Positions 14,267 to 28,344 of a stretch of 64,000 nucleotides of DNA are shown one piece after another (within the stretch, counting starts at the first letter, position 1; each line of letters begins with the position of its first letter). Position numbers and translations under genes: made by a program. Source of the stretch: Squalus acanthias (taxonomy: Eukaryota); assembly GCA_030390025.1 (NCBI GenBank), contig CM059431.1, positions 98,892,001 to 98,956,000 on the forward strand. Direction: 5' to 3'. The notes beneath the pieces were generated by a model. That model saw only the letters and a list, made by a program, of their open reading frames with translations, was not told the origin of the DNA and made no database searches.

Positions 14267-14590
14267 CTTTTAAATAGTGCCATGGGATCTTTTACGTCTA
14301 CCTGAAAGGGCAGACGGGGCCTCGTTTAACGTCTCATCCAAAAGACGGCACCTCCGACAGTGCAGCAGCACTGCACTGGAGTGTCAGCCTAGATTTATGT
14401 GCTCAAGTCTTTGGAGTGGTTATGCTGAATTCTCACAATATTGTAGCATTTTCTTAAAAGTATTTACAAACGTAGCTTCCAATCCTTTGCTACCAATTTT
14501 GGAGTGTTTTTTTTGAAGACATAGAAAAAAAAATAGGAGCAAGAGTAGGCCATTCGGCCCTTCGAGCCTGCTCCACAACTTTAAACTAAC

Positions 14591-14753
14591 CTCTGGGAAA
14601 TCTCTCAGTACTTCAGACATCTCATTGCCACGTTCCCCACATCCAACGTAGATGATCACATCACTGTTGGAGTACTTTGAGAGCGACTGTGAAATCACGG
14701 TCTTTCCACAACCAAAGGCACCTGGGATGGCCGTGGTTCCACCTTGCACGCAC
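14591..14753 (-). CDS. ATP6V1A: ATP6V1A exon 7 (P-loop GAFGCGKT)
   Basis: [54 protein letters not shown]; aag| and |GTTAGT; 163 nt. Confidence 0.98.
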
Positions 14754-15710
14754 CTTAAACACAAGAAAAGGACAAAGAAAAACAAGTGAATCCACTATTA
14801 ACTGACTCTTCAGTCAATGTAGGCAGAAATGTGAAAGCATTCCTTCCCACAAAATACATATTTGGCCTGCAGGTCAAGTACAGGCATTCAGGACTTCTAG
14901 ACGTCAGTATATAAAAGTTGGTGGGACAGTGTAACGTGTTGTTTAGGGTCCATTAGCTCTTCCAAGAGACTCTCTCCACACACTGCTGCACTAGACCACC
15001 ACCAGGCTATAATGCAGAGGATTGGGGGGGGGGGGGGGGGGGGGGAGAAGCCTTAAAAACAAAAAGAGATTACACCTTAAAATGGCTTGAATTACCATGC
15101 ATGTCTCCCATGTAACCAGCACTATTCCCATAATATGGGGTCCTCATTTTAACTCCCTGAAAGGCCCGATGGGACTGTGCTCCTCACAAGTGACGGTCAT
15201 TCTACAAGAGAAGAAAGTTGCTGAGGGGGCGGGGAGGAGAGAGAGAGAGAAAAGAACAAAAAAAGTGTGGGGAAGTGGGCAGCCTAATTGCAAACATCAG
15301 TTGAATGGTTATTCTACACCAGTCATCGCCTGCACCGATTCCTTATATCAGGACGCACAGCATTTGCTACGAGTGTTACAATCCATCTGGCACTGCGCCA
15401 GACAATCAGGAAATTTCATAGACTTCAAGACCTGACCTTCGGTGTCCAGTACAAAAAACAGAGTTTGCCTCTCTCTCTCGTGGAATTGCAGCCTCTGTGG
15501 CCCAGAAGCTAACTTGGCATCAGTCATATAAGAGACAAACTGGCTCCTGATCTCAGCATCATGTGGCAGCAACTTAAGGGATCACTGCATTTTATACCAT
15601 CTGTCTGATGCACGGCATGAAAAGAGGCTGCAGCTGAGGATTCTGACAAAGTCCGGGGTTGGACTTTCCAACATTTCAAACCAAAGTGCCATTGATTGAA
15701 GGTAAACTCA

Positions 15711-16577
<867 letters not shown>

Positions 16578-16599
16578 ATGGAGTTTAAGTCACTTCTTG

Positions 16600-16930
16600 G
16601 CCTGACCCCTACCCGTCTCTAACCTCCTCCAGCCTTACATTCCCCCCACCCCGAACTCTCCATTCCTCGGACTCCAGCCTCTTGCGCATCTCTTTTCCCC
16701 CCACCCCCAACCCCTTTGCCCCACCATTGGAGGCTGTGCCTTCAGTCACCTAGGCCCATGCTCTGGAATTTCCTGCCTAAGTTTCTCTGCCTCTTCAGCT
16801 CTCTTCCTCCTTTAAGACTCTCCTTAGAACCCACTTTTGGTCACCATTCCTAAAATTTCTTATTTTTGCTTTCACCTTTGCGAAGTACCTTGGGATTTTT
16901 TTGTATGTTAAATACAAGTAGTTGTTGTAC
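16600..16930 (+). mobile_element. L2 3' end fragment
   Basis: gccttcagtcacctaggccc...ctctggaatt and aaatacaagtagttgttg tail; similar to the 41.3 kb copy. Confidence 0.7.
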
Positions 16931-17046
16931 CAAAGTATAAGTGAGATGTATACATCATCCAGTTTTGTGAAACATATTTGTAACTGATAAATCCAGAACA
17001 CATTTGATTCAGATTTATGGAATAAATGTAATCTTCAAATACTTAC

Positions 17047-17184
17047 AGAGACATCATAGTGCCCTGGTGGGGCGACATACGTGACAGTTCCTCTGTTTTT
17101 TGGAGGAAGCATGATCTTGTGCTTAATAAGAGAATTCTCAAACACGAAGCCGTATATATCTCCACCAGTGATGTGACTACCAAC
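17047..17184 (-). CDS. ATP6V1A: ATP6V1A exon 5
   Basis: [46 protein letters not shown]; cag| and |GTAAGT; 138 nt. Confidence 0.97.
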
Positions 17185-17314
17185 CTGAAAATAAAGAACA
17201 CAAGTTACAGCTCAAAGCATAACTAAGAAAACTATTTTTGGAACTCTTCAACCTATAAATCCCAGTCTCCATTACTTAAGACGTTCACTAAATGTCACAA
17301 ATGCAAGTTCTTGT

Positions 17315-18160
17315 TATCGTCCAGCTGGGTGGGACTGCACTCGTCTGGCTCCATTCTTATCTATCTAATCATAGCCAGAGAATCACCTGCAATGGCTTCT
17401 CTTCCCGCTCCCGCATCGTTACCTCTGGTGTCCCCCAAGGATCGATCCTTGGCCCCTCCTATTTCTCATCTATGTGCTGCCCCTCGGCGACATCATCTGA
17501 AAACACAGCGCCGGTTTCCACATGTACGATGACGACACCCACCACCACCTCTCTTGCCCCCCTCCACTGTCTCTAAATTGTCAGACTGCTTGTCCAACAT
17601 CCAGCACTAGATGGGCAGAAATTTCCTCCAACTAAATATTGGGAAGACCGAAGCCATTGTCTTCGGCCCCCGCCACAAACTCCGTTCCCTAGCCACCGAC
17701 TCCATCCTTCTCCCTAGCATCTGTCTGAGGCTGAACCAGACTGTTCGCAACCTTGGTGTCATATTTGACCCTGAAATGAGCTTCCGACCACATATGCCTG
17801 CTATAACTAAGACCGCCTATTTCCACCTCTGTAACATCGCCCATCTCCGCTATTGCCTCAGCTCATCTGCTGCTGAAACCCTCATCCATGCCTTTGTTAT
17901 CTCTAGACTTGACTATTCCAACACACTCCTGGCTGGCCTCCCACATTCTACCCTACGTAAACTTGAGGTCATCCAAAACTCGGCTGCCCGTGTCCTAACT
18001 CGCACCAAGTCCCGTTCACCCATCACCCCTGTGCTTGCTGACCTATATTGACTCCCGGTTAAGCAACACCTTGATTTAAAAATTCTCATCCTTGTTTTCA
18101 AATCCCTCCAAGGCCTCGCCCCTCCTGATCTCTAAACTCCTCCAGCCCCACAACCCCCAC
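17315..18160 (+). mobile_element. L2-type LINE RT fragment
   Basis: SGVPQGSILGP; NFLQLNIGKTEAIVFG...HAFVISRLDYSNTLLAGLP...IQNSAARVLT, a typical L2 C-terminus. Confidence 0.88.
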
Positions 18161-18627
18161 AGATTCTCTTAGTCACACCTGGCTCTGGCAATGGCTACAA
18201 AATTTAGATTGGCAACACTGAAAATGGGCAGACCGTGTACACATGCTGCTAATGATGAATCACCTTCATTGCATTTCTAACACTAGTTTTTAATCTGCCA
18301 TTTGCAAATTATTTGGGAACAGAACTAGCTGTACATTAGGTTTATTCAAATTACTACCAGATCTCCCATAGTGTCACACACCATTTAGAGACCACGCTTT
18401 ATATGTAACACGCAATCTGTTATGTACTCGCAGCTCTCCCTTAGCATTGTGCACTGAGCGAGAAGTTACCCTATTTTAGAACAATAGGGTGCTTATGCCA
18501 AATAGGGACATCAGTGCCACTGATTTACAGTTATTGAATGAGAAATTCTCAATTGAATGTGGAATGGGACCTGGGGTTTGGTTCACTGGTGTCGGTCGGC
18601 AGTGACCGGGGGAAGGGCACCGAGAGC

Positions 18628-18768
18628 TGGCAGTATTGGCCTGCTCCGCCCCGCCCCGGCTCCCCGCCCCGCCGGCTCCCCACTCCGCCCCGCCCCGGCT
18701 CCCTAGCAGCACCTCCCCGGCTCCCCGCTCCACCTCGCCAGCAGCACTGGCCTGCACCTCCCGCTGCA
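18628..18768 (+). repeat. GC-rich low-complexity repeat (CCCCGCCCCGGCT) in ATP6V1A intron 4
   Basis: Recurring ccccgccccggctc units. Confidence 0.75.
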
Positions 18769-19379
18769 GACATTAAATTTGCAGTTTTGATATTGGTTCC
18801 TGGATGTGTGGCTCTGGTTCCTGGCTCAGTGTCTGTCTCTGTGCGTCTAAAAGTAATTAGAATTACATTTTCTAACCATCAACAGAATACCAGTGTTAAC
18901 TAGTGGCTATTTACTTTGAAAACAGTTTAAATTTTTACCTGAAAACAACTTCTAAAATTCTTCCTCTAGCTTTTCTTCAAACAAATAGGTTTTGTTAAAG
19001 ACAGAGTGAAACAGTTTATCATTTGGCTTAAATGCTACCGAGGTATGTGGGGAAATTGTATACACAGCACATACTCAGACTGCGGGAACTGCCTTCAGCT
19101 GACAGTCACTGCTCTGGGCAAAAGAAAAATCATATCCAAACCCAGGTTTCTGGGACAGGCTGAGACCTTTACACAAAACGGAGGTATAACAAGACACAAA
19201 GCAGTTGATGAATGTAATCATGTTATTGTAAAGCACTGGAGATTGCCAGTCCCTGTGAAACTTGCCTCAAAATCAATCACTGCCTTCAAGGAGGAGGAAA
19301 AAAGTTGGAACAAGACAAATCACTGGAGAGATTATTCAATATTGTCTTGTATTACAACATTGAGTTTGTTTGGCTCAAT

Positions 19380-19955
19380 GTGTCAGCTTGGCAGTAGGGG
19401 GCACTCTCCACTGAATTAGAAGCAGGCGGGTTCAAGTACCACGCCAGGATTTGAGAACATAATCTAGGCTGACACTTCAGTGCAGTACTGAGGAAGCACT
19501 GCACTGTCAAATACAACTTATTTCGTACAAGATGTTAAATTGATGCCCTGTCTGCCTGCTCAGGTAGGAGTAAAAGATCCCATGGCGCTACTGAAAGAAG
19601 AGCAGGGAGTTCTCCTGGTATCCTGGCTAACAATACCTCCCTCAATCACCACCACCAAAAACAGATGAATTGCTCATTCATCTGCTGTTGCTGGGACCTG
19701 GCTGAGTTCAATTGGCTCCCTCAACAGTGACTGGTGGATGAAGGAACAGGGGACGAAGGGATATGGAACATGGTGGGTAAATGTGACTAGGACGATTTGC
19801 TTGAGCGGAGAGTAAATGCTGACATGGACTGGTTGGGCCAAGTGGCCTATTTCTGTCTTGTAACTTCCATGTATTTCACGTCAAAAAAGTAATCCATTGG
19901 CTGCCACATACTTTGGAACATCTAGAGGCACGAGATAAATGCAAGTTATTTCTTT
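19380..19955 (+). mobile_element. Diverged Deu-domain SINE with an internal CR1-like tail (~19733-19880)
   Basis: ggttcaagtacc B box, taaaagatcccatggc core, aaatgcaagtt tail. Confidence 0.7.
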
Positions 19956-20125
19956 CTTAGCTACCGAGGAAGATATTAAATCATAACATTGCAGCAGAAT
20001 AATGCATGGATTAGAATTCTGTTACTGTATCACAATGCATGTAACAATTAAATTGGATGTTTAATAAGAGGCGGCCTGTCTGAAAGAATTGATTGAGTTA
20101 AATCTTACTTGCTGAAAGCTCTTAC

Positions 20126-20340
20126 CCGCATATTCTTGGAAGGAGTAAATTCCCACTTCAAGTTTCTACTCAGAGCATTCACATTGACACCACGGGGGAT
20201 GTAAATACTCTGCGTCAGATCATTGATGTCCTTTAGAGGTCGCTGGATCCCGTCAAAGATGGCTCCCATGATGCCGGGCCCCAACTCCACAGAAAGGGGT
20301 TTCCCTGTACGAAGCACAGGATCTCCAACAGATACACCAG
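20126..20340 (-). CDS. ATP6V1A: ATP6V1A exon 4
   Basis: (S)[35 protein letters not shown]...FTPSKNMR; tag| and |GTAAG; 215 nt. Confidence 0.97.
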
Positions 20341-21236
20341 CTATTGGGTGGGAGCTCAGGAAAATACTGCTTCAAATATTCCTGAGAAAAAGATTAAGCG
20401 TAATCAAGTTTCAGGAACGGCACTGTGTGCCTGCAGCCCACCCTCGCTCATTGTTTAAGCTCACGCACAAAAAGAAACTACTTGAAAAAGTTACTGAAGG
20501 GCAACTGTTGCCCATGGAATAATTTCACAGAATAGGTGGCGGCCTTCGGTCGTAGGGTATTTTTTTCCCCTTGTCACCTGGTTTTTCTCTATTTTTCTGC
20601 CTCTCCCAGGAGATGAAATGGCTGTTTGGGGGGGGGGGGGGGGGGGGGGAAGGGGGGGAAGGAAAGAGAGAGAGAGAGAGAGATGAGTGTGTGTCCGGTC
20701 ATGGTGCTCCAGCCATGAGTGTGGGGCAGGCTTGATGGACTAGCTGGTCTTTTCCTGCCAGTCAGTTTCATATGTTCAGAAGGACAGGGAGGAGAGGGGA
20801 TAAAGAGATCAAAAAAACTTCATTTAAATGCTTCTAAAAAGAAACTATTCCTTGCCCAAGGCAAATGTGATTCTTAATGGTGTATAACGTTACAGTATTC
20901 TGGGGAGTTACAGGAAAAACATGCAGATCCTTTCCTCAGGCAATAAGTCGGGTTGCGTTTGAGATGAAGTACGTAGTCTGTAGAGGAACAGTCTTGAACC
21001 CCCCCCCATTTGGCCTTTTCTCATCACACGCTTGTTTATCTGTTCGTCGCTGGACCATCCTCTCCTTCAATCACATCATGTGCTGCAAGATTCATTTTAT
21101 CTAGTCAGCCGCCTTCCAAGGGCCACTGGGAATGGGCAATAATGCAGCTTTTTCCAACGTCGCCCCCATCCCAAAAATATAGTTCTACCGAGCATCTCAC
21201 TCAGGTTTATACGGCTAACCAATAAGGAAAGGATAC
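20341..21236 (-). other. Likely U12-type (GT-AG) intron, ATP6V1A intron 3
   Basis: 5' splice site GTATCCTTT; TTTTCCTGAGC with its A 16 nt from the 3' end; no conventional polypyrimidine tract. Confidence 0.75.
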
Positions 21237-21365
21237 AGGTTTCTTCATAGACTTGGATTGTAGCCATATCTCCCTCCAAGCGGATAATCTCACCAACCAG
21301 CTCAGAGTGACCTACACGAACTAGCTCATACATTGCTGCTCCAGCCATATTGGAGGCGGTGACAA
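21237..21365 (-). CDS. ATP6V1A: ATP6V1A exon 3
   Basis: (V)[42 protein letters not shown]; cag| and |GTATCCTTT; 129 nt. Confidence 0.97.
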
Positions 21366-21691
21366 CTGGAAAACACATGGAAGAGAGAAACAACAAACGA
21401 GTAAATTCATCGTCAGAAGCACGGGAATTTTAACAGAACTTTCCATTTAAATCTAAATAGTCAAGGTTTCCAAATGGCAGTTCACTGCAGATAGGGAACA
21501 GAATCATTTAGTCATATTTACAATTGATTTGCAAAGTTTTAAAAGAAACACTTTTTTTCTCCCAAGAAATGGAAATGGATTACAAAAACCCAGGAGCAGA
21601 TCCTCGCCCTTGAAATAAGAGGGAGGTGAGGAATCTGATGAATATAGAGGCATTGTAGTACGATACTTCTTGGTCAAACCCTGTATGTTAA

Positions 21692-22177
21692 AAAGACTTG
21701 CATTTCTACAGCGCCTTTCACGACCACCGGACGTCTTAAAGCACTTTACAGCAAATGAAGTACTTTTGAAGTGGAGTCACTGTTGTAATGTAGGAAACGC
21801 GGCAGCCACTTTGCGCACAGCAAGCTCCCACAAACAGCAATGATAACAATCAGATAATCTGTTTTAGTGATGTTGGTTGAGGGATAAATATTGGCCAGGT
21901 CACCGGGGATAACTCCCCTGCTCTTCTTCGAAATAGTGCCATGGGAACTTTTACATCCACCTGAGAGAGCAGATGGGGCCTAGTTTTAACATCTCATCTG
22001 AAAGACGGCACCTCCAACAGTGCAGCACTCCCTCAGCACTGCACTGGAGTGTCAGCCTAGATTTTTGTGCTCAAGTCCCTGGAGTGGGATTCGAACCCAC
22101 AACCTTCTGACTCAGAGGCGAGAGTGCTACCCACTTTTATTGGGGGGGGGGGGGGAGACTTGTATTCACTGAGCCAC
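21692..22177 (-). mobile_element. tRNA-derived Deu-domain SINE (SacSINE1-like), near full length
   Basis: Minus strand: A box GTGGCTCAGTG, B box GGTTCGAATCC, Deu core GAGGTGCCGTCTTTCAGATGAGATGTTAAA, tail AAATGCAAGTCTTT. Confidence 0.85.
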
Positions 22178-22312
22178 CCCAAAAATTGTATTATTTCCAG
22201 GCAGCAGCGGAATTCACCAGGACAACTGAAGACCTTTAGCAGACACAAAGGAGAGTGTATTTTACACACCAACGCGGTTGTTTAGCAAGCCGCGAATGAA
22301 TGAATTGCTCAC

Positions 22313-22394
22313 CGGGGCCAGAGACACCATGAACATATCCAACCATAGTCTCGCGGTCCTCATCCTCTATCTTGGGAAGTTTGCTGAAATCCAT
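22313..22394 (-). CDS. ATP6V1A: ATP6V1A first coding exon (exon 2; acceptor at 22405/22404, 10 nt of 5' UTR)
   Basis: ATG at 22394; [27 protein letters not shown]; donor |GTGAG; 82 coding nt. Confidence 0.97.
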
Positions 22395-23308
22395 CTTGAT
22401 CAATCTGAAACGATTTCATAGTAGACAGTATATAAGTAAATAAACTGGAGATAACTGAAAGCCTTGTAAATTACAGGCTCAAAACTAAGTTTTAAAAAAA
22501 AAAAACTGTACATTTCTTTTCAAACTAGTTAGCTTTAAAATATGTATTGTGTACTGATACACTGTTACAAGCAATGTTGGTTGTGCAGGTCCAGTGTAGG
22601 GTGGCTGGATCATGTAATCACTAAACAGAAAAATAATGAAATCTCAGGATATAATCAAAGTTACAAAACAAAAGTAAATTTTGCAGTCACCGCACACTTG
22701 GCTGACACACTGGACAGTTAAGCGTACTTTTCTCTGGGCTTACTGCGGTACAAATGGATCAGATCACAATTGATTGAAGTGATGTGGACATTCTCAACAA
22801 ACTGTACGTTTATTCATAAATAAAATTCCAGCTTCACCTACAATGCCCTCTAGTGTACAGCTCCTCTTCTGCAGGTTCAGAAGCATCCTCATTTGCAGAG
22901 CCAAAAAGTGACTAAAATTCTGCTTTTATTGCACAAGATTCTGGGATTACCACAGGTTGCCAGGTCATAAGTCGAACTCCGACATTATGTATCCAACAAT
23001 GCTGACAGCTTTTAAATCAAAGTTAAGAGATAGCTTCTAGTTGGTTACAACATAGTTCTTCTGCAAGCCAAGCCTCAATTCACACAGGCTAACGGGGTTA
23101 ACTGGTTTCTCGGTTGTTCAGGCAATCTTGGTTTAATTCCCAGTAGCAGTGAAATACTTACTCCCCAATCCAAAGAGAGACACTAAATTGACAATGAAGC
23201 CAGGAAGATGGCTAGTGTAGCAGAAGAAAATTTCAAACTCTTGCATTTTGAAGGCTAGGATCAAGGCGCTTGTCAAGCAGGGTACATCAAGCTGCTTTAT
23301 CCCGCGGC

Positions 23309-24218
23309 CAAATGTAATATTTCCAGGTTTGCTGACGACACGAAACTAGGTGGGATTGAGTGTTATGAGGAGGATGCAAAGAGGCTTCAAGGCGATTTAG
23401 ACAAGTTGAGTGAGTGGGCAAATACATGGCAGATGCAGTATAACGTGGATAAATGTGAAGTTATCCACTTCGGTAGGAAAAACAGAAAGGTAGAGTATTA
23501 TTTAAATGGTGATAGATTGGGAAATGTTGATGTACAAAGGGACCTGGATGTCCTTGTACACCAGTCACTGAAAGCAAACATGCACGTGCAGCAAGCAGTT
23601 AGGAAGGCAAATGGTATGTTGGCCTTCATTGCAAGAGGATTGGAGTACAGGAGCAAGAATGTCTTACTAGTTATACAGGGCCTTGGTGAGACCACACCTG
23701 GAGTAGTGTGTGCAGTTTTGGTCTCCTTACCTAAGAAAGGATATACTTGCCATAGAGGGAGTGGAGCGAAGGTTCACCAGACTGATTCCTGGGATGGCAG
23801 GACTGACGTATGAGGAGAGATTGGATCAACTAGGCCTGTATTCACTAGAGCTTAGAAGAATGAGAAGGGATCTCACTGAAACGTATAAAATTCTGAAAGG
23901 GCTAGACAGACTGGATGCAGGGAGGATGTTTCCCCTGGCTGGGGTCACAGTCTCAAGATACGGGGTAGGACATTTAGGACTGAGATGAGGAGAGGGCGGT
24001 GAACCTGTGGAATTCTCTACCACAGAAGGCTGTGGAGGCCAAGTCACTGAATATATTTAAGAAGGAGAAAGATAGCTTTCTAGACACAAAAGGCATCAAG
24101 GGGTATGGGGAGAGAGCGGGAATATGGTATTGAGATAGAAGATCAGCCATGATCATACTGAATGGCAGAGCAGGCTCGAAGGGCCGAATGGCCTACTCCT
24201 GGTCCTATGTTTCTATGT
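23309..24218 (+). mobile_element. CR1 LINE 3' fragment
   Basis: FADDTKL, WQMQYNVDKCEVIHFG, QFWSPYLRKDI; tail cctatgtttctatgt. Confidence 0.9.
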
Positions 24219-27200
24219 CCAGTTTAAGTGGCCTGATCTTGGGAATGTCTTGACTTCCACAAGGTGAGTAATGGTCCATTTGCTGGCACTGATGTCACCT
24301 TGATTGGAACTAAGTTCATGCATGACGGCTATTTTTCCAAGAGCACTCACTGGAGGGGTTAATACTCCAGAGATGCTTTGAAAAAAAACAGGAAAGCTAA
24401 ACTTTCACCATCTGCAAAATACAGAGAGGAGGAAACCTAAGGAAAAGATTACACAGCACCCTAAAATAAAATACAATGTAATGAAACAGAAATGTTATAA
24501 TTACTACAGTATTAGATATAAAACACGACAGCACTAGAGAGAAAGCGGAATACAATTTCTACATAATCATGAAAACTTCAGGATTACCTCCTCAGACTTT
24601 ACACATCCCAACAACATTCTATCTGGATTGACAATTTACCACCATAGAACGCAACGCTGCTGACAGTTTGTAAATCATCACCTCCAAGTTCTCCCTGATC
24701 CATCTTGTTGGTATATTTAGCACCAGGTACGTTCGTATACACCTGTCTGCACCAACAGAGGCTCTTGTAAATGTAGCAATCCCATGAAGATACTGGCCCT
24801 GAAACTCCTGGGCAGTGGGGCAAAATTTCCAGATGTGTCCCTGGCCCCATCCCAAATCCAAGGATGAAAGTCATTTTCATAAGGCTTGGAAGAGGAGGTG
24901 CCATGTCATTTATAGTGTTACTGGGGCTGCGGTCTCAGACCTGGGGAGGGAAAGATGGTGGGAGGTGGACAGGAATTTCACTGCAGCATCTTGCAGGATC
25001 GGCCTGGTCAGCTTCAGACGGCCAGAAACTTCTCAATTTTAAAACTTTAAAGCTGCCGCTTTCCCCAATGGCAAATCGATCGCATTTGAACTGGAGAAAC
25101 CAGCTGTGGGCCCCACTTCCACCAGGCTGTGGTCCTGGCACACTAGGAATTTCAGGCCCACTTTATGTTTTAAACATCCAATTATCCCCCTCGCCCACTA
25201 CTCCTGAAGTCCTTGCTGGAATATCTCCCACGGCTGCTGGCTGTCCTCCAGTACCTCAAAATGGCCAACATTCAAGTGCAAGACTGACATCTGCAAGTCA
25301 ACAGTGGGGAATATCTTGGTGAACTCAATCCTGTCCTGGTCCGATGTGTACACATGCACACTTCCCACACAGTGATCAGGACCAGGAATCCTGGCCAATT
25401 TCACCCTCCCTAACCAATGGTGCGGACACCAATTAAAGCAGTCCAACAGCTGTCCAGGATAAGATCAGCCAACTCAACACAGAGCTCAGGAATTGAACCT
25501 GGGACCTCTGGTCTGCAGGGATCAGATCAGCTACTCACAATCTTCATCAGCTAGGCCATCAGTGCAGCTTGGAAAATCAAACTTAAAGGGAATTGATTCC
25601 TTACTACATTTAGTTCTTTGGCCAGCTACAGTGATGAACCGATTTGTACAAAACACTACTGAGAAAACAGGATACGATTGCAGGTAGACAGGAACCCAGC
25701 TCCAGCAGGTACAGCTTACTGATGCACATAAATTTCGCCTCGATGGGCCAATAGGAGCTCCAGCCCCTTTTCACAGGGTAGATACTACTTACGATTTCAC
25801 CAATACGAAATTAAGACAGTTGTTAAGTTTCCGCAAGTCCGAACTATAACAGAGAATGCCAGCTTTCACAGAGCGGTCGGTGTATCAGCTGCAAGTGTAG
25901 AATGCTCTACTGTCCAACACCTCCATTAAGGTTTCCAACAGCAGAGACTCCATCTCTTGGGAATTCTGCTAGTTTCAGTTTCCAAATTATAAATGTCATC
26001 AATTTGAACTACCTCAGTTTCCTATTAGCCAGCCAATTCATTGTTAAGTTTACAACATCCTCCTTTATCCTATGAGCGTTTACTTGAGACTCAAAGGACG
26101 GGACCCTGTGACTATTCTAATACTTTCTGGAGAAATGAAAAAAAAATACAATCCCCTTTCACCTCGCACACCAATTTTGTTGACATGCCAAATTTATTGG
26201 TTTAAACGAAAGACAGTGCGTGTTCACTCTGGTTAGATTCTCTGATATTTCCTCCATTGTGCTAAAAATTAAAAAGGCAAAAAATACACCGAATCAGGAA
26301 CACCCCAGTGTTAACCAAAATCCAAGCGAACTGAAGTTTATTTCCTGCAAAGGGTTATTAGAATATGGAATACATTACTACAAGTGGCTAATTCAATCGC
26401 AATGTTTAAGAGGGAGTTAAAACACTTGAAGAGTATTAGAGTGTATGGAGAAGAACAAGCCAACGCGACTGTACAGTAGATAGCTCCAGTGTGACATAGT
26501 CACAGTGGCCTCCTGCTGTGCTTACTTTTCAATGATTAATTGGTTAACACTCTCGGACACAGCAAATCTCAATGACCCCTCCCCCAGCCGCTCCCCCCAC
26601 TTGTCCAGGATATTACTAACCCAACAATTTGAGTGAAATATTCCATATAGCATGAGTTTTATGCATGACTATAATGTACTTCTAAGTAACACCATAACAC
26701 AACATTTAAATTATGCATTTGCATCACTACCACAAAATCTGTACGACCAGACACCAACCACCCCACGCACAGATCCACCAATGTACACCATGGTTGCGGA
26801 TCACAAAGTCCTTTACATCAAAGGAGCTTTATATCAAAAAGCACAGACATTTTGTAAAATCTACCGTCCACATTGTTAACAAACTAGTTGTCTGGTGAGT
26901 GGAAATTTTCTAAATTTAGTTAAAATAGTGAAATACTAATCCTGAGGTCACAAATCCATGCAGCATTTAAGAACAGTATCTAACGTGCCCAATATAAAAA
27001 CCGAGTCCGATAGAAAGTCCGTTCCCAAGTTGACCGAGTTACTTAATAACCATGTTGGTTAGGATCTTGGTGCTGAATATTTATAGAAGTTTACTGAAAA
27101 TCCAAGATTTGTTTGAATATTAGAGGGCTTATAATACTTTTACAGGTACATTAATTAATTAAATGCAGACAATTTCAAGTATGTTGGTTTTTGGAAATAA

Positions 27201-28344
27201 GCCAGCATAAGAGGAAGACTAATAGTTTGATAAAAATCTTGAAAGTACTTAACTTTGAGGTGACCCGTTACATGCTCGCAGACAGAACCGTGGCAAGTCT
27301 CTTGCGCAGGTCAATGATGCCGTTAATTGGAAATGCTTTCACTGTGGCCTGTGTAATATTAGCAACATTTTGCAGAGCAAAAATCTTATTCAAGGAGATT
27401 TATTTGCAACACCAAAAATTGCCAGCTTTGAACCTTCATTCTACTGAACAATAAGACATTTAACAGCACTATAGCAGAAGAACAAAAGCCATTTATACAG
27501 CCCCCCCCCCCCCCCGACATAGAACGGCTAAGGATTTAACAAGGGAGAGAGATCAGGACACCAAACAGATAGAGAAGAATTAAGGGGGAGTGAACTGATC
27601 ACACTGCTGAACACTTAATATGATGCGTTTTAAGAAAGGAATAGACATAGCATGGTGATTAGGTTTGTAATTAGACAGAATGCTAGCGTGTAGGGAGACA
27701 GTGCCTGAAAGATGGCAGAGTGAGGGATAAGCTGCAAACCAGGGTCTGAGGAACAGAAGGTGCTTTCTAAACATGCAGCACGGTCTAGACATATGGCTGG
27801 AAAGGACCGCACAGGTAGTGATGAGACTGCAGACATGTTTGAAAATAAGGGCAAGGGCTCTGTAGTCGATATGCTGATTTGCACATTAAACTTTCAAGTA
27901 CCACTTATTTGCAAGCGTTCTTTTCATGGTGATTACAGTTGCTTAGACTGGATAAATTGGTAACACTTTAAAATTGATTTCACTATTAGCCAGGAGGTTC
28001 TGCTTTCTACTATCTATGAAAATAACGGAGGTGTTTTAAACTCAACATCTTAATAAATGAATGCTTCAATAATGGCATCCGCTTGCCAAGTGGCTAGTTT
28101 TGCTTAGAACACAATTACTCCTCAGTATTTTAATACAGATTTTGCATTTCTCCCCTCAGGACAGTGGGTGGCTCATGTCTACCAAGATTCACAAATTCAG
28201 TCAAACTAATCGAAGATGGTCCTTTACCTCATCCTTCGCTGGAGATTAAACTACATGCAATATAAACAAGTCACATCAAAATTGACCCCCATTTTTTGTT
28301 TGCCCTGTATAAATAATTTATTGAATGTAGAATTTTGAGCAGAC

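Larger units (their letters stand above)
13882..14420 (-). mobile_element. Deu-domain SINE carrying a Penelope-like insertion
   Basis: Colinear with 21692-22090 except for the insert at 14128-14266. Confidence 0.85.
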
